DNA of 64,000 nt from Eledone cirrhosa (lineage: Eukaryota). Of the stretch, positions 43,250-55,500 are shown in pieces (position 1 is the first letter of the stretch; each line of letters starts with the position of its first letter). The stretch spans positions 124,001 to 188,000 of the forward strand of contig CAXHJY010000955.1 of NCBI GenBank assembly GCA_964016885.1. The letters are read 5' to 3'. Below the pieces are notes generated by a model that was given only the letters and a program-made list of their open reading frames with translations, was not told where the DNA came from and made no database searches. Both the position numbers and the translations under genes were made by a program.

Positions 43250-46200
43250 ATATTGGTGTAAAGTTGGAATAGAAATATATTGGTGTAAAGTTGGGAATAG
43301 AAATATATTGGAGTAAGGTTGAAATAGAAATATATTGGTGTAAAGTTGGGAATAGAAATATATTGGTGTAAAGTTGGGAATAGAAATATATTGGTGTAAA
43401 GTTGGAATAGAAATATATTGGTGTAAAGTTGGAATAGAAATATAATGGTGTAAAGTTGGGAATAGAAATATATTGGTGCAAAGTTGGGAATAGAAATATA
43501 TTGGAGTAAAGTTGGGAATAGAAATATATTGGTGTAAAGTTGGGAATAGAAATATACTGGAGTAAAGTTGGGAATAGAAATATATTGGTGCAAAGTTGGA
43601 ATAGAAATATATTGGTGTAAAGTTGGGAATAGAAATATATTGGTGTAAAGTTGGGAATAGAAATATATTGGTGCAAAGTTGGAGTAGAAATATATTGGTG
43701 TAAAGTTGGAATAGAAATATATGGTGTAAAGTTGGAATAGAAATACATTGGTGTAAAGATGGAATAGAAATATATTTGTGTAAATTTGGAATAGAAATAT
43801 ATTGGTGTAAATTTGGGAATAGAAATATATTGGTGTAAAGTTGGAATAGAAATATATTGGTGTAAAGTTGGGAATAGAAATATATTGGTGTAAAGTTGGG
43901 AATAGAAATATATTGGTGTAAAGTTGGAATAGAAATTAATTGGAATAAAGTTGGGAATAGAAATATATTGGTGTAAAGTTGGAATAGAAATATATTGGTG
44001 TAAAGTTGGAATAGAAATATATTGGTGTAAAGTTGGAAATAGAAATATATTGGTGTAAAGTTGGAATAGAAATATATTGGTGTAAATTTGGGTATAGAAA
44101 TATATTGGTGTAAAGTTGGAATAGAAATATATGGTGTAAAGTTGGAATAGAAATATATTGGTGTAAAGTTAGAATAGAAATATATTGGTTTAAAATTGGG
44201 AATAGAAATATATTGGTGAATAGTTGGGAATAGAAATATATCGGTGGAATGTTGGGAATAGAAATATATTGGTGTAAAGTTGGGTATAGAAATATATTGG
44301 TGTAAAGTTGGAATAGAAATATATTGGTGTAAAGTTGGAATAGAAATATATTGGTGTAAAGTTGGTAATAGGAATATATTGGTGTAAAGTTGGAATAGAA
44401 ATATATTGGTGTAAAGTTAGGAATAGAAATATATTGGAGTAAGGTTGAAATAGAAATATATTGGTGTAAAGTTGGAATAGAAATATAATGGTGTAAAGTT
44501 GGGAATAGAAATATATTGGTGTAAAGTTGGGAATAGAAATATATTGGTGTAAAGTTGGAATAGAAATATATTGGTGTAAAGTTAGGAATAGAAATATATT
44601 GGAGTAAGGTTGAAATAGAAATATATTGGTGTAAAGTTGGAATAGAAATATATTGGTGTAAATTTGGAATAGAAATATATTGGTGTAAAGTTGGGAATAG
44701 AAATATATTGGTGTAAAGTTGGGAATAGAAATATATTGGTGTAAAGTTGGGAATAGAAATATTTTGGTGTAAAGTTGGGAATAGAAATATACTGGTGTAA
44801 AGTTGGCGATAGAAATATTATGGTGTAAAGTTGGGAATAGAAATATATTGGTGTAAAATTGGAATAGAAATATATAGGTGTAAAGTTGGGAATAGAAATA
44901 TATTGGAGTAAGGTTGGAATAGAAATATATTGGTGTAAAGTTGGAATAGAAATATATTGGTGTAAAGTTGGAAATAGAAATATATTGGTGTAAAGTTGGG
45001 AATAGAAATATAATGGTGTAAAGTTGGAATAGAAATATATTGGTGTAAAGTTGGAATAGAAATATATGGTGTAAAGTTGGAATAGAAATACATTGGTGTA
45101 AAGATGGAATAGAAATATATTTGTGTAAATTTGGAATAGAAATATATTGGTGTAAAGTTGGAATAGAAATATATTGGTGTAAAGTTGGGAATAGAAATAT
45201 ATTGGAGTAAGGTTGAAATAGAAATATATTGGTGTAAAGTTGGGAATAGAAATATATTGGTGTAAAGTTGGGAATAGAAATATATTGGTGTAAAGTTGGA
45301 ATAGAAATATATTGGTGTAAAGTTGGAATAGAAATATAATGGTGTAAAGTTGGGAATAGAAATATATTGGTGCAAAGTTGGGAATAGAAATATATTGGAG
45401 TAAAGTTGGGAATAGAAATATATTGGTGTAAAGTTGGGAATAGAAATATACTGGAGTAAAGTTGGGAATAGAAATATATTGGTGCAAAGTTGGAATAGAA
45501 ATATATTGGTGTAAAGTTGGGAATAGAAATATATTGGTGTAAAGTTGGGAATAGAAATATATTGGTGCAAAGTTGGAATAGAAATATATTGGTGTAAAGT
45601 TGGAATAGAAATATATGGTGTAAAGTTGGAATAGAAATACATTGGTGTAAAGATGGAATAGAAATATATTTGTGTAAATTTGGAATAGAAATATATTGGT
45701 GTAAATTTGGGAATAGAAATATATTGGTGTAAAGTTGGAATAGAAATATATTGGTGTAAAGTTGGGAATAGAAATATATTGGTGTAAAGTTGGGAATAGA
45801 AATATATTGGTGTAAAGTTGGAATAGAAATTAATTGGAATAAAGTTGGGAATAGAAATATATTGGTGTAAAGTTGGAATAGAAATATATTGGTGTAAAGT
45901 TGGAATAGAAATATATTGGTGTAAAGTTGGAAATAGAAATATATTGGTGTAAAGTTGGAATAGAAATATATTGGTGTAAATTTGGGTATAGAAATATATT
46001 GGTGTAAAGTTGGAATAGAAATATATGGTGTAAAGTTGGAATAGAAATATATTGGTGTAAAGTTAGAATAGAAATATATTGGTTTAAAATTGGGAATAGA
46101 AATATATTGGTGAATAGTTGGGAATAGAAATATATCGGTGGAATGTTGGGAATAGAAATATATTGGTGTAAAGTTGGGTATAGAAATATATTGGTGTAAA

Positions 46201-46600
46201 GTTGGAATAGAAATATATTGGTGTAAAGTTGGAATAGAAATATATTGGTGTAAAGTTGGTAATAGGAATATATTGGTGTAAAGTTGGAATAGAAATATAT
46301 TGGTGTAAAGTTAGGAATAGAAATATATTGGAGTAAGGTTGAAATAGAAATATATTGGTGTAAAGTTGGAATAGAAATATAATGGTGTAAAGTTGGGAAT
46401 AGAAATATATTGGTGTAAAGTTGGGAATAGAAATATATTGGTGTAAAGTTGGAATAGAAATATATTGGTGTAAAGTTAGGAATAGAAATATATAGGAGTA
46501 AGGTTGAAATAGAAATATATTGGTGTAAAGTTGGAATAGAAATATATTGGTGTAAATTTGGAATAGAAATATATTGGTGTAAAGTTGGGAATAGAAATAT
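43250..46600 (+). repeat. Duplication at offset 1894
   Basis: ORF starts 43748/45642 and 43593/45487. GTGAATAG at 44216/46110 and TTGGTAATAGG near 44362/46256. Confidence 0.72.
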
Positions 46601-49157
46601 ATTGGTGTAAAGTTGGGAATAGAAATATTTTGGTGTAAAGTTGGGAATAGAAATATACTGGTGTAAAGTTGGCGATAGAAATATTATGGTGTAAAGTTGG
46701 GAATAGAAATATATTGGTGTAAAATTGGAATAGAAATATATAGGTGTAAAGTTGGGAATAGAAATATATTGGTGTAAAGTTGGGAATAGAAATATATTGG
46801 TGTAAAGTTGGAATAGAAATATATTGGTGTAAAGTTAGGAATAGAAATATATTGGAGTAAGGTTGAAATAGAAATATATTGGTGTAAAGTTGGAATAGAA
46901 ATATATTGGTGTAAATTTGGAATAGAAATATATTGGTGTAAAGTTGGGAATAGAAATATATTGGTGTAAAGTTGGGAATAGAAATATTTTGGTGTAAAGT
47001 TGGGAATAGAAATATACTGGTGTAAAGTTGGCGATAGAAATATTATGGTGTAAAGTTGGGAATAGAAATATATTGGTGTAAAGTTAGAATAGAAATATAT
47101 TGGTTTAAAATTGGAATAGAAATATATTGGTGTAAAGTTGGAATAGAAATATATTGGTGTAAAGTTGGAAATAGAAATATATTGGTGTAAAGTTGGAATA
47201 GAAATATATTGGTGTAAATTTGGGTATAGAAATATATTGGTGTAAAGTTGGAATAGAAATATATGGTGTAAAGTTGGAATAGAAATATATTGGTGTAAAG
47301 TTAGAATAGAAATATATTGGTTTAAAATTGGGAATAGAAATATATTGGTGAATAGTTGGGAATAGAAATATATCGGTGGAATGTTGGGAATAGAAATATA
47401 TTGGTGTAAAGTTGGGTATAGAAATATATTGGTGTAAAGTTGGAATAGAAATATATTGGTGTAAAGTTGGAATAGAAATATATTGGTGTAAAGTTGGTAA
47501 TAGGAATATATTGGTGTAAAGTTGGAATAGAAATATATTGGTGTAAAGTTAGGAATAGAAATATATTGGAGTAAGGTTGAAATAGAAATATATTGGTGTA
47601 AAGTTGGAATAGAAATATAATGGTGTAAAGTTGGGAATAGAAATATATTGGTGTAAAGTTGGGAATAGAAATATATTGGTGTAAAGTTGGAATAGAAATA
47701 TATTGGTGTAAAGTTAGGAATAGAAATATATTGGAGTAAGGTTGAAATAGAAATATATTGGTGTAAAGTTGGAATAGAAATATATTGGTGTAAATTTGGA
47801 ATAGAAATATATTGGTGTAAAGTTGGGAATAGAAATATATTGGTGTAAAGTTGGGAATAGAAATATATTGGTGTAAAGTTGGGAATAGAAATATTTTGGT
47901 GTAAAGTTGGGAATAGAAATATACTGGTGTAAAGTTGGCGATAGAAATATTATGGTGTAAAGTTGGGAATAGAAATATATTGGTGTAAAATTGGAATAGA
48001 AATATATAGGTGTAAAGTTGGGAATAGAAATATATTGGAGTAAGGTTGGAATAGAAATATATTGGTGTAAAGTTGGAATAGAAATATATTGGTGTAAAGT
48101 TGGAAATAGAAATATATTGGTGTAAAGTTGGGAATAGAAATATAATGGTGTAAAGTTGGAATAGAAATATATTGGTGTAAAGTTGGAATAGAAATATATG
48201 GTGTAAAGTTGGAATAGAAATACATTGGTGTAAAGATGGAATAGAAATATATTTGTGTAAATTTGGAATAGAAATATATTGGTGTAAATTTGGGAATAGA
48301 AATATATTGGTGAAAAGTTGAAATAGAAATATATTGGTGTAAAGTTGGAATAGAAATATATTGGTCTAAAGTTGGAAATAGAAATATATTGGTGTAAAGT
48401 TGGGAATAGAAATATATTGGTGTAAAGTCGGAATAGAAATATATTGGAGTAAGGTTGGAATAGAAATATATTGGTGTAAAGTTGGGAATAGAAATATAAT
48501 GGTGTAAAGTTGGAATAGAAATATATTGGTGTAAAGTTGGAATAAAAATATATGGTGTAAAGTTGGAATAGAAATATATTGGTGTAAAGTTGGGAATAGA
48601 AATATATTGGTGTAAAGTTGGAATAGAAATATATAGGTGTAAAGTTGGAATAGAAATATAATGGTGTAAAGTTGGGAATAGAAATATATTGGTGCAAAGT
48701 TGGGAATAGAAATATATTGGAGTAAAGTTGGGAATAGAAATATATTGGTGTAAAGTTGGGAATAGAAATATACTGGAGTAAAGTTGGGAATAGAAATATA
48801 TTGGTGCAAAGTTGGAATAGAAATATATTGGTGTAAAGTTGGGAATAGAAATATATGGTGTAAAGTTGGAATAGAAATACATTGGTGTAAAGATGGAATA
48901 GAAATATATTTGTGTAAATTTGGAATAGAAATATATTGGTGTAAATTTGGGAATAGAAATATATTGGTGAAAAGTTGGAATAGAAATATATTGGTGGAAA
49001 GTTGGGAATAGAAATATATTGGAGTAAGGTTGAAATAGAAATATATTGGTGTAAAGTTGCGAATAGAAATATATTGGTGTAAAGTTGGGAATAGAAATAT
49101 ATTGGTGTAAAGTTGGAATAGAAATATATTGGTGTAAAGTTGGAATAGAAATATAAT

Positions 49158-49329
49158 TGTTTCTACTTTAGGCACAAGGCCAGCAATTACCAGTGCATTA
49201 CTGGTACTTTATTTTATCGACCCCGTAAGGATGAAAGGCAAAGTCAACCTCGGCGGGATTTGAACTCAGATGGTAAAGGGACGTAACTATGCTGGAAAGC
49301 ATGGCGTCCGACCCTCTACCGATACTGCC
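49158..49329 (-). mobile_element. tRNA-derived SINE-like insertion, copy 2
   Basis: Identical by eye to copy 1 (offset 7705). TSD AATATAAT at 49150-49157 and 49330-49337. Same order of flanking variant monomers. Confidence 0.88.
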
Positions 49330-49330
49330 A
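49256..49330 (-). promoter_or_regulatory. Pol III A/B box motifs of SINE copy 2
   Basis: Same motifs as copy 1: B box 49256-49267, A box 49319-49330. Confidence 0.7.
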
Positions 49331-52300
49331 ATATAATGGTGTAAAGTTGGGAATAGAAATATATTGGTGCAAAGTTGGGAATAGAAATATATTGGAGTAA
49401 AGTTGGGAATAGAAATATATTTGTGTAAAGTTGGGAATAGAAATATACTGGAGTAAAGTTGGGAATAGAAATATATTGGTGCAAAGTTGGAATAGAAATA
49501 TATTGGTGTAAAGTTGGCGATAGAAATATTATGGTGTAAAGTTGGGAATAGAAATATATTGGTGTAAAGTTGGGAACAGAAATATATTGGTGTAAATTTG
49601 GAATAGAAATATATTGGTGTAAAGTTGGAATAGAAATATATTGGTGTAAAGTTAGGAATAGAAATATATTGGAGTAAGGTTGAAATAGAAATATATTGGT
49701 GTAAAGTTGGAATAGAAATATATTGGTGTAAATTTGGAATAGAAATATATTGGTGTAAAGTTGGGAATAGAAATATATTGGTGTAAAGTTGGGAATAGAA
49801 ATATTTTGGTGTAAAGTTGGGAATAGAAATATACTGGTGTAAAGTTGGCGATAGAAATATTATGGTGTAAAGTTGGGAATAGAAATATATTGGTGTAAAA
49901 TTGGAATAGAAATATATAGGTGTAAAGTTGGGAATAGAAATATATTGGTGTAAAGTTGGGAATAGAAATATATTGGTGTAAAGTTGGAATAGAAATATAT
50001 TGGTGTAAAGTTAGGAATAGAAATATATTGGAGTAAGGTTGAAATAGAAATATATTGGTGTAAAGTTGGAATAGAAATATATTGGTGTAAATTTGGAATA
50101 GAAATATATTGGTGTAAAGTTGGGAATAGAAATATATTGGTGTAAAGTTGGGAATAGAAATATTTTGGTGTAAAGTTGGGAATAGAAATATACTGGTGTA
50201 AAGTTGGCGATAGAAATATTATGGTGTAAAGTTGGGAATAGAAATATATTGGTGTAAAGTTAGAATAGAAATATATTGGTTTAAAATTGGAATAGAAATA
50301 TATTGGTGTAAAGTTGGAATAGAAATATATTGGTGTAAAGTTGGAAATAGAAATATATTGGTGTAAAGTTGGAATAGAAATATATTGGTGTAAATTTGGG
50401 TATAGAAATATATTGGTGTAAAGTTGGAATAGAAATATATGGTGTAAAGTTGGAATAGAAATATATTGGTGTAAAGTTAGAATAGAAATATATTGGTTTA
50501 AAATTGGGAATAGAAATATATTGGTGAATAGTTGGGAATAGAAATATATCGGTGGAATGTTGGGAATAGAAATATATTGGTGTAAAGTTGGGTATAGAAA
50601 TATATTGGTGTAAAGTTGGAATAGAAATATATTGGTGTAAAGTTGGAATAGAAATATATTGGTGTAAAGTTGGTAATAGGAATATATTGGTGTAAAGTTG
50701 GAATAGAAATATATTGGTGTAAAGTTAGGAATAGAAATATATTGGAGTAAGGTTGAAATAGAAATATATTGGTGTAAAGTTGGAATAGAAATATAATGGT
50801 GTAAAGTTGGGAATAGAAATATATTGGTGTAAAGTTGGGAATAGAAATATATTGGTGTAAAGTTGGAATAGAAATATATTGGTGTAAAGTTAGGAATAGA
50901 AATATATTGGAGTAAGGTTGAAATAGAAATATATTGGTGTAAAGTTGGAATAGAAATATATTGGTGTAAATTTGGAATAGAAATATATTGGTGTAAAGTT
51001 GGGAATAGAAATATATTGGTGTAAAGTTGGGAATAGAAATATATTGGTGTAAAGTTGGGAATAGAAATATTTTGGTGTAAAGTTGGGAATAGAAATATAC
51101 TGGTGTAAAGTTGGCGATAGAAATATTATGGTGTAAAGTTGGGAATAGAAATATATTGGTGTAAAATTGGAATAGAAATATATAGGTGTAAAGTTGGGAA
51201 TAGAAATATATTGGAGTAAGGTTGGAATAGAAATATATTGGTGTAAAGTTGGAATAGAAATATATTGGTGTAAAGTTGGAAATAGAAATATATTGGTGTA
51301 AAGTTGGGAATAGAAATATAATGGTGTAAAGTTGGAATAGAAATATATTGGTGTAAAGTTGGAATAGAAATATATGGTGTAAAGTTGGAATAGAAATACA
51401 TTGGTGTAAAGATGGAATAGAAATATATTTGTGTAAATTTGGAATAGAAATATATTGGTGTAAATTTGGGAATAGAAATATATTGGTGAAAAGTTGAAAT
51501 AGAAATATATTGGTGTAAAGTTGGAATAGAAATATATTGGTCTAAAGTTGGAAATAGAAATATATTGGTGTAAAGTTGGGAATAGAAATATATTGGTGTA
51601 AAGTCGGAATAGAAATATATTGGAGTAAGGTTGGAATAGAAATATATTGGTGTAAAGTTGGGAATAGAAATATAATGGTGTAAAGTTGGAATAGAAATAT
51701 ATTGGTGTAAAGTTGGAATAAAAATATATGGTGTAAAGTTGGAATAGAAATATATTGGTGTAAAGTTGGGAATAGAAATATATTGGTGTAAAGTTGGAAT
51801 AGAAATATATAGGTGTAAAGTTGGAATAGAAATATAATGGTGTAAAGTTGGGAATAGAAATATATTGGTGCAAAGTTGGGAATAGAAATATATTGGAGTA
51901 AAGTTGGGAATAGAAATATATTGGTGTAAAGTTGGGAATAGAAATATACTGGAGTAAAGTTGGGAATAGAAATATATTGGTGCAAAGTTGGAATAGAAAT
52001 ATATTGGTGTAAAGTTGGGAATAGAAATATATGGTGTAAAGTTGGAATAGAAATACATTGGTGTAAAGATGGAATAGAAATATATTTGTGTAAATTTGGA
52101 ATAGAAATATATTGGTGTAAATTTGGGAATAGAAATATATTGGTGAAAAGTTGGAATAGAAATATATTGGTGTAAAGTTGGGAATAGAAATATATTGGAG
52201 TAAGGTTGAAATAGAAATATATTGGTGTAAAGTTGCGAATAGAAATATATTGGTGTAAAGTTGGGAATAGAAATATATTGGTGTAAAGTTGGAATAGAAA

Positions 52301-52333
52301 TATATTGGTGTAAAGTTGGAATAGAAATATAAT

Positions 52334-52505
52334 TGTTTCTACTTTAGGCACAAGGCCAGCAATTACCAGTGCATTACTGGTACTTTATTTTATCGACCCC
52401 GTAAGGATGAAAGGCAAAGTCAACCTCGGCGGGATTTGAACTCAGATGGTAAAGGGACGTAACTATGCTGGAAAGCATGGCGTCCGACCCTCTACCGATA
52501 CTGCC
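52334..52505 (-). mobile_element. tRNA-derived SINE-like insertion, copy 3
   Basis: Identical by eye to copies 1 and 2 (offset 3176 from copy 2). TSD AATATAAT at 52326-52333 and 52506-52513. Confidence 0.88.
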
Positions 52506-52506
52506 A
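52432..52506 (-). promoter_or_regulatory. Pol III A/B box motifs of SINE copy 3
   Basis: Same motifs as copy 1: B box 52432-52443, A box 52495-52506. Confidence 0.7.
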
Positions 52507-55500
52507 ATATAATGGTGTAAAGTTGGGAATAGAAATATATTGGTGCAAAGTTGGGAATAGAAATATATTGGAGTAAAGTTGGGAATAGAAATATATTTGT
52601 GTAAAGTTGGGAATAGAAATATACTGGAGTAAAGTTGGGAATAGAAATATATTGGTGCAAAGTTGGAATAGAAATATATTGGTGTAAAGTTGGCGATAGA
52701 AATATTATGGTGTAAAGTTGGGAATAGAAATATATTGGTGTAAAGTTGGGAACAGAAATATATTGGTGTAAATTTGGAATAGAAATATATTGGTGTAAAG
52801 TTGGGAATAGAAACATATTGGTGTAAAGTTGGAATAGAAATATATTGGTGTAAATTTGGGAATAGAAATATATTGGAGTAAGGTTGGAACTGAAATATAT
52901 TGGTGTAAAGTTGGAATAGAAATATATTGGAGTAAAGTTGGGAATAGAAATATATTGGTGTAAAGTTGGAACAGAAATATATTGGCGTAAAGTTTGAATA
53001 GAAATATATTGGTGTAAAGTTGGGAATAGAAATATGTTGGTGTAAAGTTGGAATAGAAATATATTGGTGTAAAGTTGAGAATAGAAATATATTGGTGTAA
53101 AGTCGGAATAGAAATATATTGGTGTAAAGTTGGAATAGAAATATATTGGTCTAAAGTTGGAAATAGAAATATATTGGTGTAAAGTTGGGAATAGAAATAT
53201 ATTGGTGTAAAGTTGGGAATAGAAATATATTGGTGTAAAATTGGAATAGAAATATATAGGTGTAAAGTTGGGAATAGAAATATATTGGAGTAAGGTTGGA
53301 ATAGAAATATATTGGTGTAAAGTTGGAATAGAAATATATTGGTGTAAAGTTGGAAATAGAAATATAGTGGTGTAAAGTTGGGAATAGAAATATAATGGTG
53401 TAAAGTTGGAATAGAAATATATTGGTGTAAAGTTGGAATAGAAATATATGGTGTAAAGTTGGAATAGAAATACATTGGTGTAAAGATGGAATAGAAATAT
53501 ATTTGTGTAAATTTGGAATAGAAATATATTGGTGTAAAGTTGGAATAGAAATATATTGGTGTAAATTTGGGAATAGAAATATATTGGTGAAAAGTTGGAA
53601 TAGAAATATATTGGTGTAAAGTTGGGAATAGAAATATATTGGAGTAAGCTTGAAATAGAAATATATTGGTGTAAAGTTGGGAATAGAAATATATTGGTGT
53701 AAAGTTGGGAATAGAAATATATTGGTGTAAAGTTGGAATAGAAATATATTGGTGTAAAGTTGGAATAGAAATATAATGGTGTAAAGTTGGGAATAGAAAT
53801 ATATTGGTGCAAAGTTGGAATAGAAATATATTGGTGTAAAGTTGGGAATAGAAATATATCGGTGTAAAGTTGGGAATAGAAATATATTGGTGCAAAGTTG
53901 AAATAGAAATATATTGGTGTAAAGTTGGAATAGAAATATATTGGTGTAAAGTTGGAATAGAAATATATTGGTGTAAAGTTGGGAATAGAAATATATTGGT
54001 GTAAAGATGGAATAGAAATATATTGGTGTAAATTTGGGAATAGAAATATATTGGAGTAAGGTTGGAATAGAAATATATTGGTGTAATGTTGGAATAGAAA
54101 TATATTGGTGTAAAGTTGGAAATAGAAATATATTGGTGTGAAGTTGGGAATAGAAATATAATGGTGTAAAGTTGGAATAGAAATATATTGGTGTAAAGTT
54201 GGAATAGAAATATATGGTGTAAAGTTGGAATAGAAATACGTTGGTGTAAAGATGGAATAGAAATATATTTGTGTAAATTTGGAATAGAAATATATTGGTG
54301 CAAAGTTGGAATAGAAATATATTGGTGTAAAGTTGGGAATAGAAATATATTGGTGTAAAGTTGGGAATAGAAATATATTGGTGTAAAGTTGGAATAGAAA
54401 TATATTGGTATAAAGTTGGAATAGAAATATAATGGTGTAAAGTTGGGAATAGAAATATATTGGTGCAAAGTTGGGAATAGAAATATATTGGAGTAAAGTT
54501 GGGAATAGAAATATATTGGTGTAAAGTTGGGAATAGAAATATACTGGAGTAAAGTTGGGAATAGAAATATATTGGTGCAAAGTTGGAATAGAAATATATT
54601 GGTGTAAAGTTGGGAATAGAAATATATTGGTGTAAAGTTGGGAATAGAAATATATTGGTGCAAAGTTGGAATAGAAATATATTGGTGTAAAGTTGGGAAT
54701 AGAAATATATTGTAGTAAAGTTGGGAATAGAAATATATTGGTGCAAAGTTGAAATCGAAATATATTGGTGTAAAGTTGGAATAGAAATATATTGGTGTAA
54801 AGTTGGAATAGAAATATATTGGTGTAAAGTTGGGAATAGAAATATATTGGTGTAAAGATGGAATAGAAATATATTGGTGTAAAGTTGGGAATAGAAATAT
54901 ATTGGAGTAAGGTTGGAATAGAAATATATTGGTGTAATGTTGGAATAGAAATATATTGGTGGAAAGTTGGGAATAGAAATATATTGGTGTAAAGTTGGGA
55001 ATAGAAATATATTGGTGTAAAGTTGGAATAGAAATATATTGGTGTAAAGTTGGGAATAGAAATATACTGGTGTAAAGTTGGGAATAGAAATATTTTGGTG
55101 TAAAGTTGGGAATAGAAATATACTGGTGTAAAGTTGGGAATAGAAATATAATGGTGTAAATTTGGAATAGAAATATATTGGTGTAAAGTTGGAATAGAAA
55201 TATATTGGTGTAATGTTGGAATAGAAATATATTGGTGTAAAGTTGAGAATAGAAATATATTGGTGTAAAGTTGGAATAGAAATATATTGGTGTAAAGTCG
55301 GAATAGAAATATATTGGTGTAAAGTTGGAATAGAAATATATTGGTCTAAAGTTGGAAATAGAAATATATTGGTGTAAAGTTGGGAATAGAAATATATTGG
55401 TGTAAAGTTGGGAATAGAAATATATTGGTGTAAAATTGGAATAGAAATATATAGGTGTAAAGTTGGGAATAGAAATATATTGGAGTAAGGTTGGAATAGA

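Larger units (their letters stand above)
46430..52801 (+). repeat. Tandem duplication with a 3176-bp unit, each unit containing one SINE
   Basis: ORFs 47714/50890, 47950/51126 and 48366/51542, and SINE copies 2 and 3, are all offset by 3176. Confidence 0.9.

Noticed and set aside
9850-50900. Telomeric repeat or telomerase product (C-free G strand, TTAGG and TTGGG motifs)
   Set aside because: TTAGG appears only as an isolated point variant and never in tandem. Kilobase-scale copying of variant patterns fits recombination rather than templated addition.
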